Virus record (IMG/VR): IMGVR_UViG_3300042539_000942 | DNA: 64,000 nt | Direction: 5' to 3' (one strand) | Source: an uncultured virus (IMG/VR IMGVR_UViG_3300042539_000942) | Taxonomy: Duplodnaviria; Heunggongvirae; Uroviricota; Caudoviricetes | Part shown: in pieces, positions 18,621 through 27,132 of the stretch | How the letters are laid out: every line of letters starts with the position of its first letter | Position numbering within the stretch: position 1 is the first letter of the stretch | Notes under the pieces: model-generated | The model's database searches: none | What the model saw: only the letters and a program-made list of their open reading frames with translations | Told to the model about the DNA's origin: nothing | Position numbers and translations under genes: made by a program

Positions 18621-20021
18621 ATGTTCAACGCAGAACATCTGCAGGAAAAGTGGGCACCACTCTTAGACCATAATGGTCTGGATCACATCAAGGATCCCCA
18701 TCGTAGAGCCGTAACCGCTGTCCTGTTAGAGAACCAAGAAAGATTCCTTCGTGAAGAGAGAGCATTCCTCTCCGAAGCTCCAACCGTTAACACCAACTCT
18801 GGTGCTAATGCTGGTTTTAGTGCTAATGCAAGTGCAACTGGTCCAGTTGCTGGTTTTGACCCTGTTCTGATCTCTCTGATCAGACGTTCAATGCCTAATC
18901 TGGTTGCTTATGATCTGGCTGGTGTTCAACCAATGAACGCTCCTACTGGTCTGATCTTTGCAATGCGTTCACGTTACACCAATCAGTCTGGTACTGAAGC
19001 ACTGTTCAACGAAGTTGACACTGCATTCTCAGGTATCGGTACTACCAACGGTGCAATGGGTTCAACCAGCGCAGGTATGGTCAATGCTGCTGTTGGTCTG
19101 GGTACAACTGGTCAAGGTGGTTCAAACCCTGGTCTTCTGAATCCTTCTACTAACGCCACTCAAGCTGCTTACAGCGTTGGCGAAGGTATGAGAACTGATG
19201 AGGCAGAAAACCTTGGTTCAGTTGGTGGTTCAGCATTCAACGAAATGGCTTTCTCAATCGAGAAAGTTACCGTTACTGCAAAGTCACGCGCACTGAAAGC
19301 TGAGTACTCACTGGAACTGGCACAAGACCTGAAGGCAATTCATGGTCTGAATGCTGAAGCAGAACTGGCTAACATTCTCTCCACTGAGATTCTGGCTGAG
19401 ATCAACCGCGAAGTTATCAGAACCATCTATAAGGTTGCTGAAACTGGTGCTCAAGTCAATACCCAAACTGCTGGTACTTTCAACCTTGACGTTGACTCCA
19501 ACGGTCGTTGGTCGGTTGAGAAGTTCAAGGGTCTGCTCTTCCAAATCGAGCGTGATGCAAACGCAATTGCACAGAGAACTCGTAGAGGAAAGGGTAACAT
19601 CATCCTGTGCTCTGCTGACGTTGCTTCAGCACTGACCATGGCTGGTGTTCTCGATTACACCCCTGCACTCAATGCTAACCTGAACGTTGACGATACTGGC
19701 AATACCTTTGCTGGTGTTATCAATGGTAAGTACAGAGTCTACATTGATCCTTATTCGGCAAACGTTGCTGCAACTCAGTACTACGTTATCGGTTATAAGG
19801 GTTCTTCACCTTATGATGCTGGTCTCTTCTACTGTCCTTATGTTCCTCTCCAAATGGTTCGTGCCGTTGGTGAGAACACATTCCAGCCTAAGATCGGCTT
19901 CAAGACCCGTTACGGAATGGTTGAGAACCCATTCTCGCAGGGTACTACCCAAGGTTCTGGCACTCTGACTGTTAATAGCAACCGCTACTACAGAAGAGTT
20001 TCTGTTACCAACCTGATGTGA
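18621..20021 (+). CDS. gp23: Major capsid protein gp23
   Basis: GVQPMNAPTGLIFAMR, AKSRALKAEYSLELAQDLKAIHG and FQPKIGFKTRYG motifs. Confidence 0.98.
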   Translation: MFNAEHLQEKWAPLLDHNGLDHIKDPHRRAVTAVLLENQERFLREERAFLSEAPTVNTNSGANAGFSANASATGPVAGFDPVLISLIRRSMPNLVAYDLAGVQPMNAPTGLIFAMRSRYTNQSGTEALFNEVDTAFSGIGTTNGAMGSTSAGMVNAAVGLGTTGQGGSNPGLLNPSTNATQAAYSVGEGMRTDEAENLGSVGGSAFNEMAFSIEKVTVTAKSRALKAEYSLELAQDLKAIHGLNAEAELANILSTEILAEINREVIRTIYKVAETGAQVNTQTAGTFNLDVDSNGRWSVEKFKGLLFQIERDANAIAQRTRRGKGNIILCSADVASALTMAGVLDYTPALNANLNVDDTGNTFAGVINGKYRVYIDPYSANVAATQYYVIGYKGSSPYDAGLFYCPYVPLQMVRAVGENTFQPKIGFKTRYGMVENPFSQGTTQGSGTLTVNSNRYYRRVSVTNLM

Positions 20022-20042
20022 TTTATTTCACATAGTTCAGTG

Positions 20043-20068
20043 AGGGTCCCAAACGGGACCCTTTTTTT
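20043..20068 (+). terminator. Intrinsic terminator after gp23
   Basis: AGGGTCCC-AAAC-GGGACCCT followed by a T-run. Confidence 0.9.
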
Positions 20069-20103
20069 ATGAATAAATATAGTTAAAGGAATTATTTTAG
20101 ATC

Positions 20104-20697
20104 ATGTCAGAATCACCATTTTTGAGTCAGGTTTCGAATAGAAATTTTCTTTCCCCTATTGGATTTAAGTTTATTCTTACAAAAATTCCAAAGGTAGATT
20201 TTCTGTGCCAAACTGCAATGATCCCTTCAATTAGCATGGGAACAGCACAGCAACCATCTTACTTGAGAGACATTCCAGTTCCTGGAGATAAAGCAATTTT
20301 TGAAGATCTCACACTTCGTTTTCTCATTGATGAAAACATGGAGAACTATCTCCAAATTTATAATTGGATTATTGGTCTTGCTTATCCAGAGACTCTAGAG
20401 CAATTTGCAAATCTCAAAGATTTAGATCCAATCAAAAGACCAGTAACTCCAAACGATTCTTATCAAAAATTTGCAGAATACTCCGATGCAACTCTGCAGA
20501 TTTTAAATAGCAATTATAGAGTTAATAGACAAATTAAATTTAAAAACTTATTTCCAGTTTCTCTTTCAACACTGGAATTTGATGCTACAAATAGAGATTA
20601 TAATTATTTTACAGCAACGGCATCATTTAAATATTCTGGATACGAAATTCAAGATTCACAAGGACACAGATTAGACAACGGACCATCTAGATACTGA
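20104..20697 (+). CDS. gp3: Tail tube terminator/completion protein gp3
   Basis: NFLSPIGFKF, F.IDENMENY and FKNLFPVSLSTLEF motifs; follows gp23 as in cyanomyophages. Confidence 0.85.
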   Translation: MSESPFLSQVSNRNFLSPIGFKFILTKIPKVDFLCQTAMIPSISMGTAQQPSYLRDIPVPGDKAIFEDLTLRFLIDENMENYLQIYNWIIGLAYPETLEQFANLKDLDPIKRPVTPNDSYQKFAEYSDATLQILNSNYRVNRQIKFKNLFPVSLSTLEFDATNRDYNYFTATASFKYSGYEIQDSQGHRLDNGPSRY

Positions 20698-20706
20698 TTT
20701 TTAATT

Positions 20707-21147
20707 ATGATTATGGATTTGGAAACAATTCAAAAAATGTGGGAAAAAGATTCTCACATCGACATTGATGAGATACACAATGAATCAATTCAAGTATCTC
20801 AGTTACATGCAAAATATTATGACATTTTAAATAACTTAATACTACTAAGAGCAAGAGCAAAACAACAGGAAAAAAACATTCGCCATGAAAGATATGAATA
20901 CTACACTGGAAAAGCAGATCCAGAAGTGTACATAAAAAATCCTTTTCCTAAAAAAATTAGAGATAAAGAAACTCTACAAAAATACTTAGATGCTGATGAA
21001 AAACTTTCTGAGATTGTATTGAAAATGGAATATTATGATGTAATGGTTAGTTACTTAGAAAGTATTATCAAACAAATCTTCAATAGAAGTTATCAAATCA
21101 AAAATTCAATCGAATGGCACAAATTTACTGCTGGTTATAATACATGA
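20707..21147 (+). CDS. uvsY: Recombination mediator UvsY
   Basis: LHAKYY and RSYQIKNSIEW motifs; upstream of uvsW. Confidence 0.88.
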   Translation: MIMDLETIQKMWEKDSHIDIDEIHNESIQVSQLHAKYYDILNNLILLRARAKQQEKNIRHERYEYYTGKADPEVYIKNPFPKKIRDKETLQKYLDADEKLSEIVLKMEYYDVMVSYLESIIKQIFNRSYQIKNSIEWHKFTAGYNT

Positions 21148-22607
21148 CAAATTTGATTATCAAGAAGAAAAACGAAGTATACGTCACTATACAATCAGAT
21201 CCTCACGTTTATCAAGAACTTTCAGACTATTTTACATTTGAAGTTCCTGGTGCAAAATTCATGCCCCAATTTAGAAACAAATATTGGGACGGAAAAATTC
21301 GTCTTTTTGATACAAGACATAATCAAATTTATGTTGGATTGCTTGACAAAGTAATTTCTTTTTGCAAGAACTATAAGTATACCTACGAATTTGAAGAGAA
21401 CAAGTTTTATGGACTTCCATTTGAAGTTAATGAAAACATCTCTTTAGAAGGTGTTGGAGATTACATGAAATCAATTAGTGCTCATTCTCCAAGGGATTAT
21501 CAAATTGAAGGAGTTTATGATGCTCTTCGCCACAATAGGAAACTTCTAATTTCTCCAACTGCATCTGGAAAGTCTTTGATGATCTATTCAATCGTGAGGT
21601 ACTTTCACGATAAGAACAAAAAAACATTGATTGTTGTTCCAACAACATCATTGGTTGAGCAAATGAGTAAAGATTTTTCTGATTATGGTTGGGACTCAGA
21701 AAAGTATTGTCATAAGATCTATCAAGGAAGAGAAAAGAAAACAAATCATCCAGTTGTCATCACAACTTGGCAATCAATTTATAAATTAGAAAAATCTTTC
21801 TTCGAAGACTTTGATGTTGTAATTGGAGATGAAGCTCACTTATTCAAGTCCAAATCATTAATTACGATCATGACTCACCTACATCATGCAAAGTATAGAT
21901 TTGGTTTTACAGGAACTTTAGACGGAACACAGACACATAAGTGGGTCTTAGAAGGTCTATTTGGTCCTTCATATAAAATCATTCGTACTGATGAATTAAT
22001 TGAAAAAGGTTATCTTTCAAAATTCAACATCAAAATTATAACTCTCAAACATCCACCTCAAAGATTTGCTACATATGAGGATGAAATTAAATACTTAATT
22101 AGTAATGATAGAAGAAATAATTTTCTTAAAAATCTTACAATTAATCTGAAAGGAAACACATTAGTTCTATACAGTAGAGTCGAAAGTCATGGACAGATAA
22201 TTTTTGATTTGATAAATAACTTTAAGAATGATGAGCGAAAGTGCTTTTTCATTCATGGTGGTGTAGATGTTGATGAAAGAGAAGCGGTTAGAAAAATTAC
22301 AGAAAAAGAAACAGATGCAATAATCATTGCTTCATACGGAACATTTAGTACTGGTATTAATATTAAAAACCTTCATAACGTAATTTTTGCTTCTCCTTCT
22401 AAATCTAGAATCAGAAATCTACAATCCATTGGTAGAGTTTTAAGAAAAGGAAATAATAAATTTAAAGCAACTTTGTATGATGTTGCTGATGATATTTCTC
22501 ATAACTCACATAGAAACTACACTCTAAATCATCTCATTGAAAGAATTAAAATATACAATGAAGAAAAATTTAATTATGAACTTATCAACGTTAATTTAAA
22601 ATTATGA
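21144..22607 (+). CDS. uvsW: SF2 helicase UvsW
   Basis: SPTASGKS, DEAH, GFTGT and QSIGRVLR motifs. Confidence 0.95.
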   Translation: MTNLIIKKKNEVYVTIQSDPHVYQELSDYFTFEVPGAKFMPQFRNKYWDGKIRLFDTRHNQIYVGLLDKVISFCKNYKYTYEFEENKFYGLPFEVNENISLEGVGDYMKSISAHSPRDYQIEGVYDALRHNRKLLISPTASGKSLMIYSIVRYFHDKNKKTLIVVPTTSLVEQMSKDFSDYGWDSEKYCHKIYQGREKKTNHPVVITTWQSIYKLEKSFFEDFDVVIGDEAHLFKSKSLITIMTHLHHAKYRFGFTGTLDGTQTHKWVLEGLFGPSYKIIRTDELIEKGYLSKFNIKIITLKHPPQRFATYEDEIKYLISNDRRNNFLKNLTINLKGNTLVLYSRVESHGQIIFDLINNFKNDERKCFFIHGGVDVDEREAVRKITEKETDAIIIASYGTFSTGINIKNLHNVIFASPSKSRIRNLQSIGRVLRKGNNKFKATLYDVADDISHNSHRNYTLNHLIERIKIYNEEKFNYELINVNLKL

Positions 22608-22999
22608 CAGAGGATTTTTTAGCAGTTATAAAATTAATTTCTGGTGAAGAAGTTTTATCTAAAGTTTGTCCATTGGATGACGAAGAGGATACTCTTGTAT
22701 TAGACTGTCCTGTTCAAATGTCATCAGATAAATCTAGAAGCATGAACATTAACATAGTTCGTGTTGAACCTTGGATCAAAACAGGAACAGAATCTATCTA
22801 TTTAATTAAAATGGATAAAATTGTTACTATTTCAGAAGTCTTTGATCAAAAGATACATAGAATGTATAATAAATTTATTCATGCTTACTTCTTCAATGGA
22901 TGTGAGGTCCCTGAGAATAAGATGACCAAAGAGATGGGATACGTTTCGTCAGTTAAAGAAGCAAGATCATCCTTAGAAAAGATCTTTAATAATAGCTGA
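22604..22999 (+). CDS. Conserved hypothetical protein (Sm-like small beta-barrel)
   Basis: VIKLISGEEV..PW motif; lies between uvsW and gp55. Confidence 0.7.
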   Translation: MTEDFLAVIKLISGEEVLSKVCPLDDEEDTLVLDCPVQMSSDKSRSMNINIVRVEPWIKTGTESIYLIKMDKIVTISEVFDQKIHRMYNKFIHAYFFNGCEVPENKMTKEMGYVSSVKEARSSLEKIFNNS

Positions 23000-23027
23000 T
23001 ACCCTAACTTTCAACCCTGACAGAGTT

Positions 23028-23056
23028 ATTATAAACAGTTTTAGCAACCTTGTCAA
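23028..23056 (-). promoter_or_regulatory. Consensus sigma70 promoter on the minus strand (antisense)
   Basis: Reverse complement reads TTGACA-17 nt-TATAAT. Confidence 0.75.
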
Positions 23057-23102
23057 GTGTTTAAAAATGTGTTATCATATGAACACTAGATGTAAAAGTA
23101 CT

Positions 23103-23603
23103 ATGCCCTTAAATCTAAAGGTAGCAATGCCAAAGAAAAAGAAACCAGAGCACTACGTTAATAATAGTGATTTTCTTCAGGCAATCATTGTGTATAAACG
23201 TGAAGTGACAACAGCAGAATCTCTTGGTCTGCCAAAACCAATGATTAGTAATTACATCGGGGAATGTTTCCTTAAGATGGCGAATCATTTGGCATACAAA
23301 CCAAATTTTGTAAACTACATGTTTAAGGAGGACATGATTTGTGATGGTATTGAAAATTGTATACAATGTGTAACTAATTTTAATCCAGAAAAATCAACTA
23401 ATCCTTTTGCTTATTTCACACAAGTCATTTATTACGCATTTTTGAGAAGAATTCAAAAAGAAAAGAAACAACTTGAAATTAAATCCAAAATTATTGAAAG
23501 GTCTGGATTTGATGAAGTCTTTTCAATTGATGACTTGACAGGAGATGATGGATCAATTTATAATTCCATTAAGGATAATATTCATAATAAATTGAATCGT
23601 TAG
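23103..23603 (+). CDS. gp55: Late-transcription sigma factor gp55 (start could be 23067, 23103 or 23127)
   Basis: HYVNN, YIGECFLK and FNPEKSTNPFAYFTQ..AFLRRIQKEKKQ motifs. Confidence 0.94.
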   Translation: MPLNLKVAMPKKKKPEHYVNNSDFLQAIIVYKREVTTAESLGLPKPMISNYIGECFLKMANHLAYKPNFVNYMFKEDMICDGIENCIQCVTNFNPEKSTNPFAYFTQVIYYAFLRRIQKEKKQLEIKSKIIERSGFDEVFSIDDLTGDDGSIYNSIKDNIHNKLNR

Positions 23604-23606
23604 TGA

Positions 23607-24647
23607 ATGAAAATTGCAATTATAACAGATCAGCATTTTGGTGCTCGTAAAAATTCCAAAATGTTTCATGATTATTTTCTTAAATTTTATAATGATGTTT
23701 TCTTTCCATATCTAGAAGAACACAACATTAAGACTGTCATTGACATGGGAGATACATTTGACAGTCGTAAAGGAATTGATTTTTCATCTCTTGCCTGGGC
23801 AAAAAATAATTACTACGACAAACTTTCTGCAATGGGATGCAAAGTCATTACTATTGTGGGAAATCATACTGCTTACTATAAAAATACAAACGAAGTTAAT
23901 GCAGTTGATCTTCTTCTTCGTGAATATAAAAACGTAGAAATTATTTCGAAACCTTGTGAAAGAATTTTGGGATCTTTAAAGGTATTGATGATTCCTTGGA
24001 TTAATTCCAGTAATGAGGAAAAATCATTGAAGATGATTAGAAATAGTTCTGCAGATGTTGCATTTGGTCATTTGGAATTGAGTGGATTTTCTCCTTATCG
24101 TGGTCATGTTATGGATTGTGGTATGGATAGCAATCTCTTTGATAAGTATAAGAAAGTTTTTTCAGGGCATTATCATACTCGTTCCAATAATGGAAAAATC
24201 TTCTATTTGGGAAATCCTTATGAGATTTATTGGAATGATGTTAATGATAAAAGAGGATTTCACATCTTCGATACTGAAACATTGGAGCATACTCCAATAG
24301 ACAATCCTTATAGAATGTTTTATAATGTTTATTATGAAGATACTCCTTATCAGACTTTTAACTTTAAGGAGTATGAAGGAAAAATTGTAAAAGTTGTTGT
24401 TCGCAAAAAAACAGATACGAAACAATTTGAAAAATTTGTGGATAAACTTTATGAAGCAAATGTATCTGATCTTAAATTTGTAGAGTCAATAGAACTAGTT
24501 GTCAATGAAGAATTTGAAGCAGAAGAGTCTGAAGACACTCTTTCTATTTTAAATCGCTATGTTCAAGATTCTGAAGTATCCTTAGATAAGGCAGTTCTCA
24601 CTACAATGCTTCAAACTATATATAAAGAGGCTTGCGAAATGGTCTGA
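23607..24647 (+). CDS. gp47: Recombination endonuclease subunit gp47 (Mre11/SbcD-like)
   Basis: TDQHFG, GDTFD, GNH and SGHYH phosphoesterase motifs. Confidence 0.95.
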   Translation: MKIAIITDQHFGARKNSKMFHDYFLKFYNDVFFPYLEEHNIKTVIDMGDTFDSRKGIDFSSLAWAKNNYYDKLSAMGCKVITIVGNHTAYYKNTNEVNAVDLLLREYKNVEIISKPCERILGSLKVLMIPWINSSNEEKSLKMIRNSSADVAFGHLELSGFSPYRGHVMDCGMDSNLFDKYKKVFSGHYHTRSNNGKIFYLGNPYEIYWNDVNDKRGFHIFDTETLEHTPIDNPYRMFYNVYYEDTPYQTFNFKEYEGKIVKVVVRKKTDTKQFEKFVDKLYEANVSDLKFVESIELVVNEEFEAEESEDTLSILNRYVQDSEVSLDKAVLTTMLQTIYKEACEMV

Positions 24648-24913
24648 TGTTTATACTTACAATAAAGGGTTTGGAGGATGAAGGTGCTTATGCAGTAGAA
24701 AGAGAGGATGGTGAAAAGGTCCTTCTTTTATTTGAAGAATCTGATGATGCTGTTCGCTATGCATTAATGCTTGAAGATGATGATGAAAATCCAGAAATGG
24801 ATGTTATAGAAGTTGATGATAGAATTGCAATAAAGACTTGCGAAATGTATAATTACGAGTATAATATAATTACCCAAGATGACATTGTAATTCCACCTAG
24901 AAAGAGCGATTGA
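24647..24913 (+). CDS. Conserved acidic hypothetical protein
   Basis: FEESDDAVRYALML motif; lies between gp47 and gp46. Confidence 0.7.
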   Translation: MFILTIKGLEDEGAYAVEREDGEKVLLLFEESDDAVRYALMLEDDDENPEMDVIEVDDRIAIKTCEMYNYEYNIITQDDIVIPPRKSD

Positions 24914-24921
24914 GGTAACTT

Positions 24922-26634
24922 GTGATTATTTTTCAGAAAATTCGTTGGCGTAACTTTTTAAGTACGGGAAATCATTGGAGTGAGATTGATTTTCGGAAAA
25001 ACAATAATACGCTAATCATTGGCAGTAATGGTGCGGGAAAAAGCACCATTCTTGATGCCTTGACATTTTCTTTATTTGGGAAACCATTTAGGAAGATTAA
25101 TAAACCACAGTTGGTCAATTCTTCAAATGAGAGAGATTGTTTAACTGAAATTGAGTTTTTAATCGGAGCAACTCAATGGAAAGTTGTTCGTGGAATTAAA
25201 CCAAACATCTTTGAGATCTATAGAAATAATGTTCTATTGGATCAATCAGCAGCTGCTTTGGATCAGCAAAAGTGGTTGGAACAGACTGTTCTCAAAATGA
25301 ACTATAAGTCTTTTACTCAAATTGTAATTTTGGGTTCAAGTACTTTTGTTCCTTTTATGCAGTTGTCTGCTGCTAACCGTAGAGAAGTTATTGAAGATCT
25401 TCTTGACATTAAAATCTTTTCTTCAATGAATGTTATTATTAAAGATAAGATTCGTTCCTCTAAAGAGGAAATTCGTACTCTAGAATTGAAGAAAGAAAAT
25501 CTCAAAGATAAAATGAAGATGCAGCAAAACTTCATTGAGGAACTTGAGAATCGTGGAAATGCCAACATAAATGCCAATAAAGAAAAAATTGCCAATTTAG
25601 ATTCTGAAGTTGGCATTTACATGAATGACAATTCCAAAATCGAAGAAAACATTTTTAAGTATACTAAGGATCAGGAAGAAGTTACTGGTGCTAGTAATAA
25701 GTTAGTAAAACTGAACAATCTTAAGGGTAAAATTTCGCAAAAAGTATCTGTCATTACCAAAGAGCATAAGTTTTTCACAGAGAATACGGTATGCCCTACT
25801 TGTACTCAAACTATAGAAGAAGAGTTTAGGGTAAATAGAATTACAGACGCTCAAAATAAAGCAAAGGAACTCCAACTAGGTTATAAAGAACTAGAGGAGA
25901 CTATAAGGTTAGAACAAGAACGAGAGCGTCAATTCACTGCTCTATCTAAGGAGATTACAAAACTCAATAATGAAATTTCTCAAAACAATACTCGGATTTC
26001 CCTCAACCAGAGACAAATTCGAGATCTTGAATCTGAAATTCAAACTATTACCGAACAACTTGAAAACAGAAATACTGAGCATGAAAAGTTAAAAGAATTT
26101 AATCACCAATTACAAAATACCTACGAGCAGTTATCTTCCAAAAAAGAAGAAATTAATTATCTAGATTTCTCTTATTCGCTTTTAAAGGATGGTGGAGTTA
26201 AAGCAAAAATCATTAAGAAGTACTTACCGCTGATAAATCAGCAAGTAAACCGTTATCTTCAGATGATGGATTTCTACATCAATTTTACTCTTGATGAAGA
26301 GTTTAACGAAACCGTCCAATCACCTATTCATGAAGACTTTTCTTATAGTTCTTTTAGTGAAGGTGAAAAGATGAGAATTGATCTTTCTCTTCTCTTTACT
26401 TGGAGAGAAGTTGCTAGATATAAAAATTCTGTTAACACTAACTTACTGATTATGGATGAGGTTTTTGATTCATCACTTGATGGATTTGGAACCGATGAGT
26501 TTCTTAAAATCATACGTTATGTCATTAAAGATGCTAATGTTTTTGTAATCTCCCATAAGACTGGCATGGAGGACAGATTTGAAAGTGTCATAAGATTTGA
26601 TAAAGTCAAAGGATTTTCTCGTATGGTGTCTTGA
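24922..26634 (+). CDS. gp46: Recombination ATPase subunit gp46 (Rad50/SbcC-like)
   Basis: GSNGAGKST, CPTC zinc hook, FSEGEK signature and MDEVFD. Confidence 0.96.
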   Translation: MIIFQKIRWRNFLSTGNHWSEIDFRKNNNTLIIGSNGAGKSTILDALTFSLFGKPFRKINKPQLVNSSNERDCLTEIEFLIGATQWKVVRGIKPNIFEIYRNNVLLDQSAAALDQQKWLEQTVLKMNYKSFTQIVILGSSTFVPFMQLSAANRREVIEDLLDIKIFSSMNVIIKDKIRSSKEEIRTLELKKENLKDKMKMQQNFIEELENRGNANINANKEKIANLDSEVGIYMNDNSKIEENIFKYTKDQEEVTGASNKLVKLNNLKGKISQKVSVITKEHKFFTENTVCPTCTQTIEEEFRVNRITDAQNKAKELQLGYKELEETIRLEQERERQFTALSKEITKLNNEISQNNTRISLNQRQIRDLESEIQTITEQLENRNTEHEKLKEFNHQLQNTYEQLSSKKEEINYLDFSYSLLKDGGVKAKIIKKYLPLINQQVNRYLQMMDFYINFTLDEEFNETVQSPIHEDFSYSSFSEGEKMRIDLSLLFTWREVARYKNSVNTNLLIMDEVFDSSLDGFGTDEFLKIIRYVIKDANVFVISHKTGMEDRFESVIRFDKVKGFSRMVS

Positions 26635-26648
26635 GACACCAGATAACA

Positions 26649-26819
26649 ATGCAAGTTCCAAACCGATACCATCATTCTAAGAAGGAGCAGAAGCGGAAAC
26701 TGAAACCGCAAGCACTCCGACAAGCAAAGGCACGTCGCCAAGCACTCAAGAAGCGTCTCAATCAACGAGACGCTTTTTCTATAGTTATGTTAAGCAATTG
26801 TTGTAATTTCCATACATAG
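26649..26819 (+). CDS. Small highly basic protein with internal terminator
   Basis: MQVPNRYHHSKKEQKRKLKPQALRQAKARRQALKKRLNQRDAF...; stop at 26817-26819. Confidence 0.65.
   Translation: MQVPNRYHHSKKEQKRKLKPQALRQAKARRQALKKRLNQRDAFSIVMLSNCCNFHT
26753..26780 (+). terminator. Intrinsic terminator located inside ORF 26649..26819
   Basis: GCGTCTC-AATCAAC-GAGACGC-TTTTTCT. Confidence 0.75.
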
Positions 26820-26889
26820 TAGTAGAATGATGAGGTGATAGAGATGAAAGAAATCTCTTTGTTATGCTATTCTTTGTGCGGAGGTCATT

Positions 26890-27051
26890 ATGCACAACTT
26901 AATTTCATACAATCAACTTGCTTTCTGGAAACAATCTGAAAAAGAAACTGAAGATAATGAATTGGTGAATGACTATTACCGATGTTTGACCGAATGTAGT
27001 GATGATACGCAAACGTGCAAAAGAACTTGCAGACTAGTCTTTATGAAATAA
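26890..27051 (+). CDS. Small Cys-rich protein (twin CX3C), not in ORF track
   Basis: GGAGG SD, then 53 aa MHNLISYNQLAFW..DYYRCLTECSDDTQTCKRTCRLVFMK. Confidence 0.7.
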   Translation: MHNLISYNQLAFWKQSEKETEDNELVNDYYRCLTECSDDTQTCKRTCRLVFMK

Positions 27052-27054
27052 GAT

Positions 27055-27110
27055 GGACAGTTTTTAAACTGTCTACTGGGAGGTCGCAAGACCTCCTTTT
27101 TTAGTATAAT
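27055..27110 (+). promoter_or_regulatory. Inverted repeat + terminator hairpin + TATAAT (putative early promoter element)
   Basis: GGACAGTTT-TT-AAACTGTCT, GGAGGTC-GCAA-GACCTCC-TTTTTT, and TATAAT at 27105. Confidence 0.55.
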
Positions 27111-27132
27111 ACAAGCATACGAAACAAATCAA

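Noticed and set aside
26803..26815. Possible NtcA site GTA..TAC
   Set aside because: The spacer is 7 nt, not 8.
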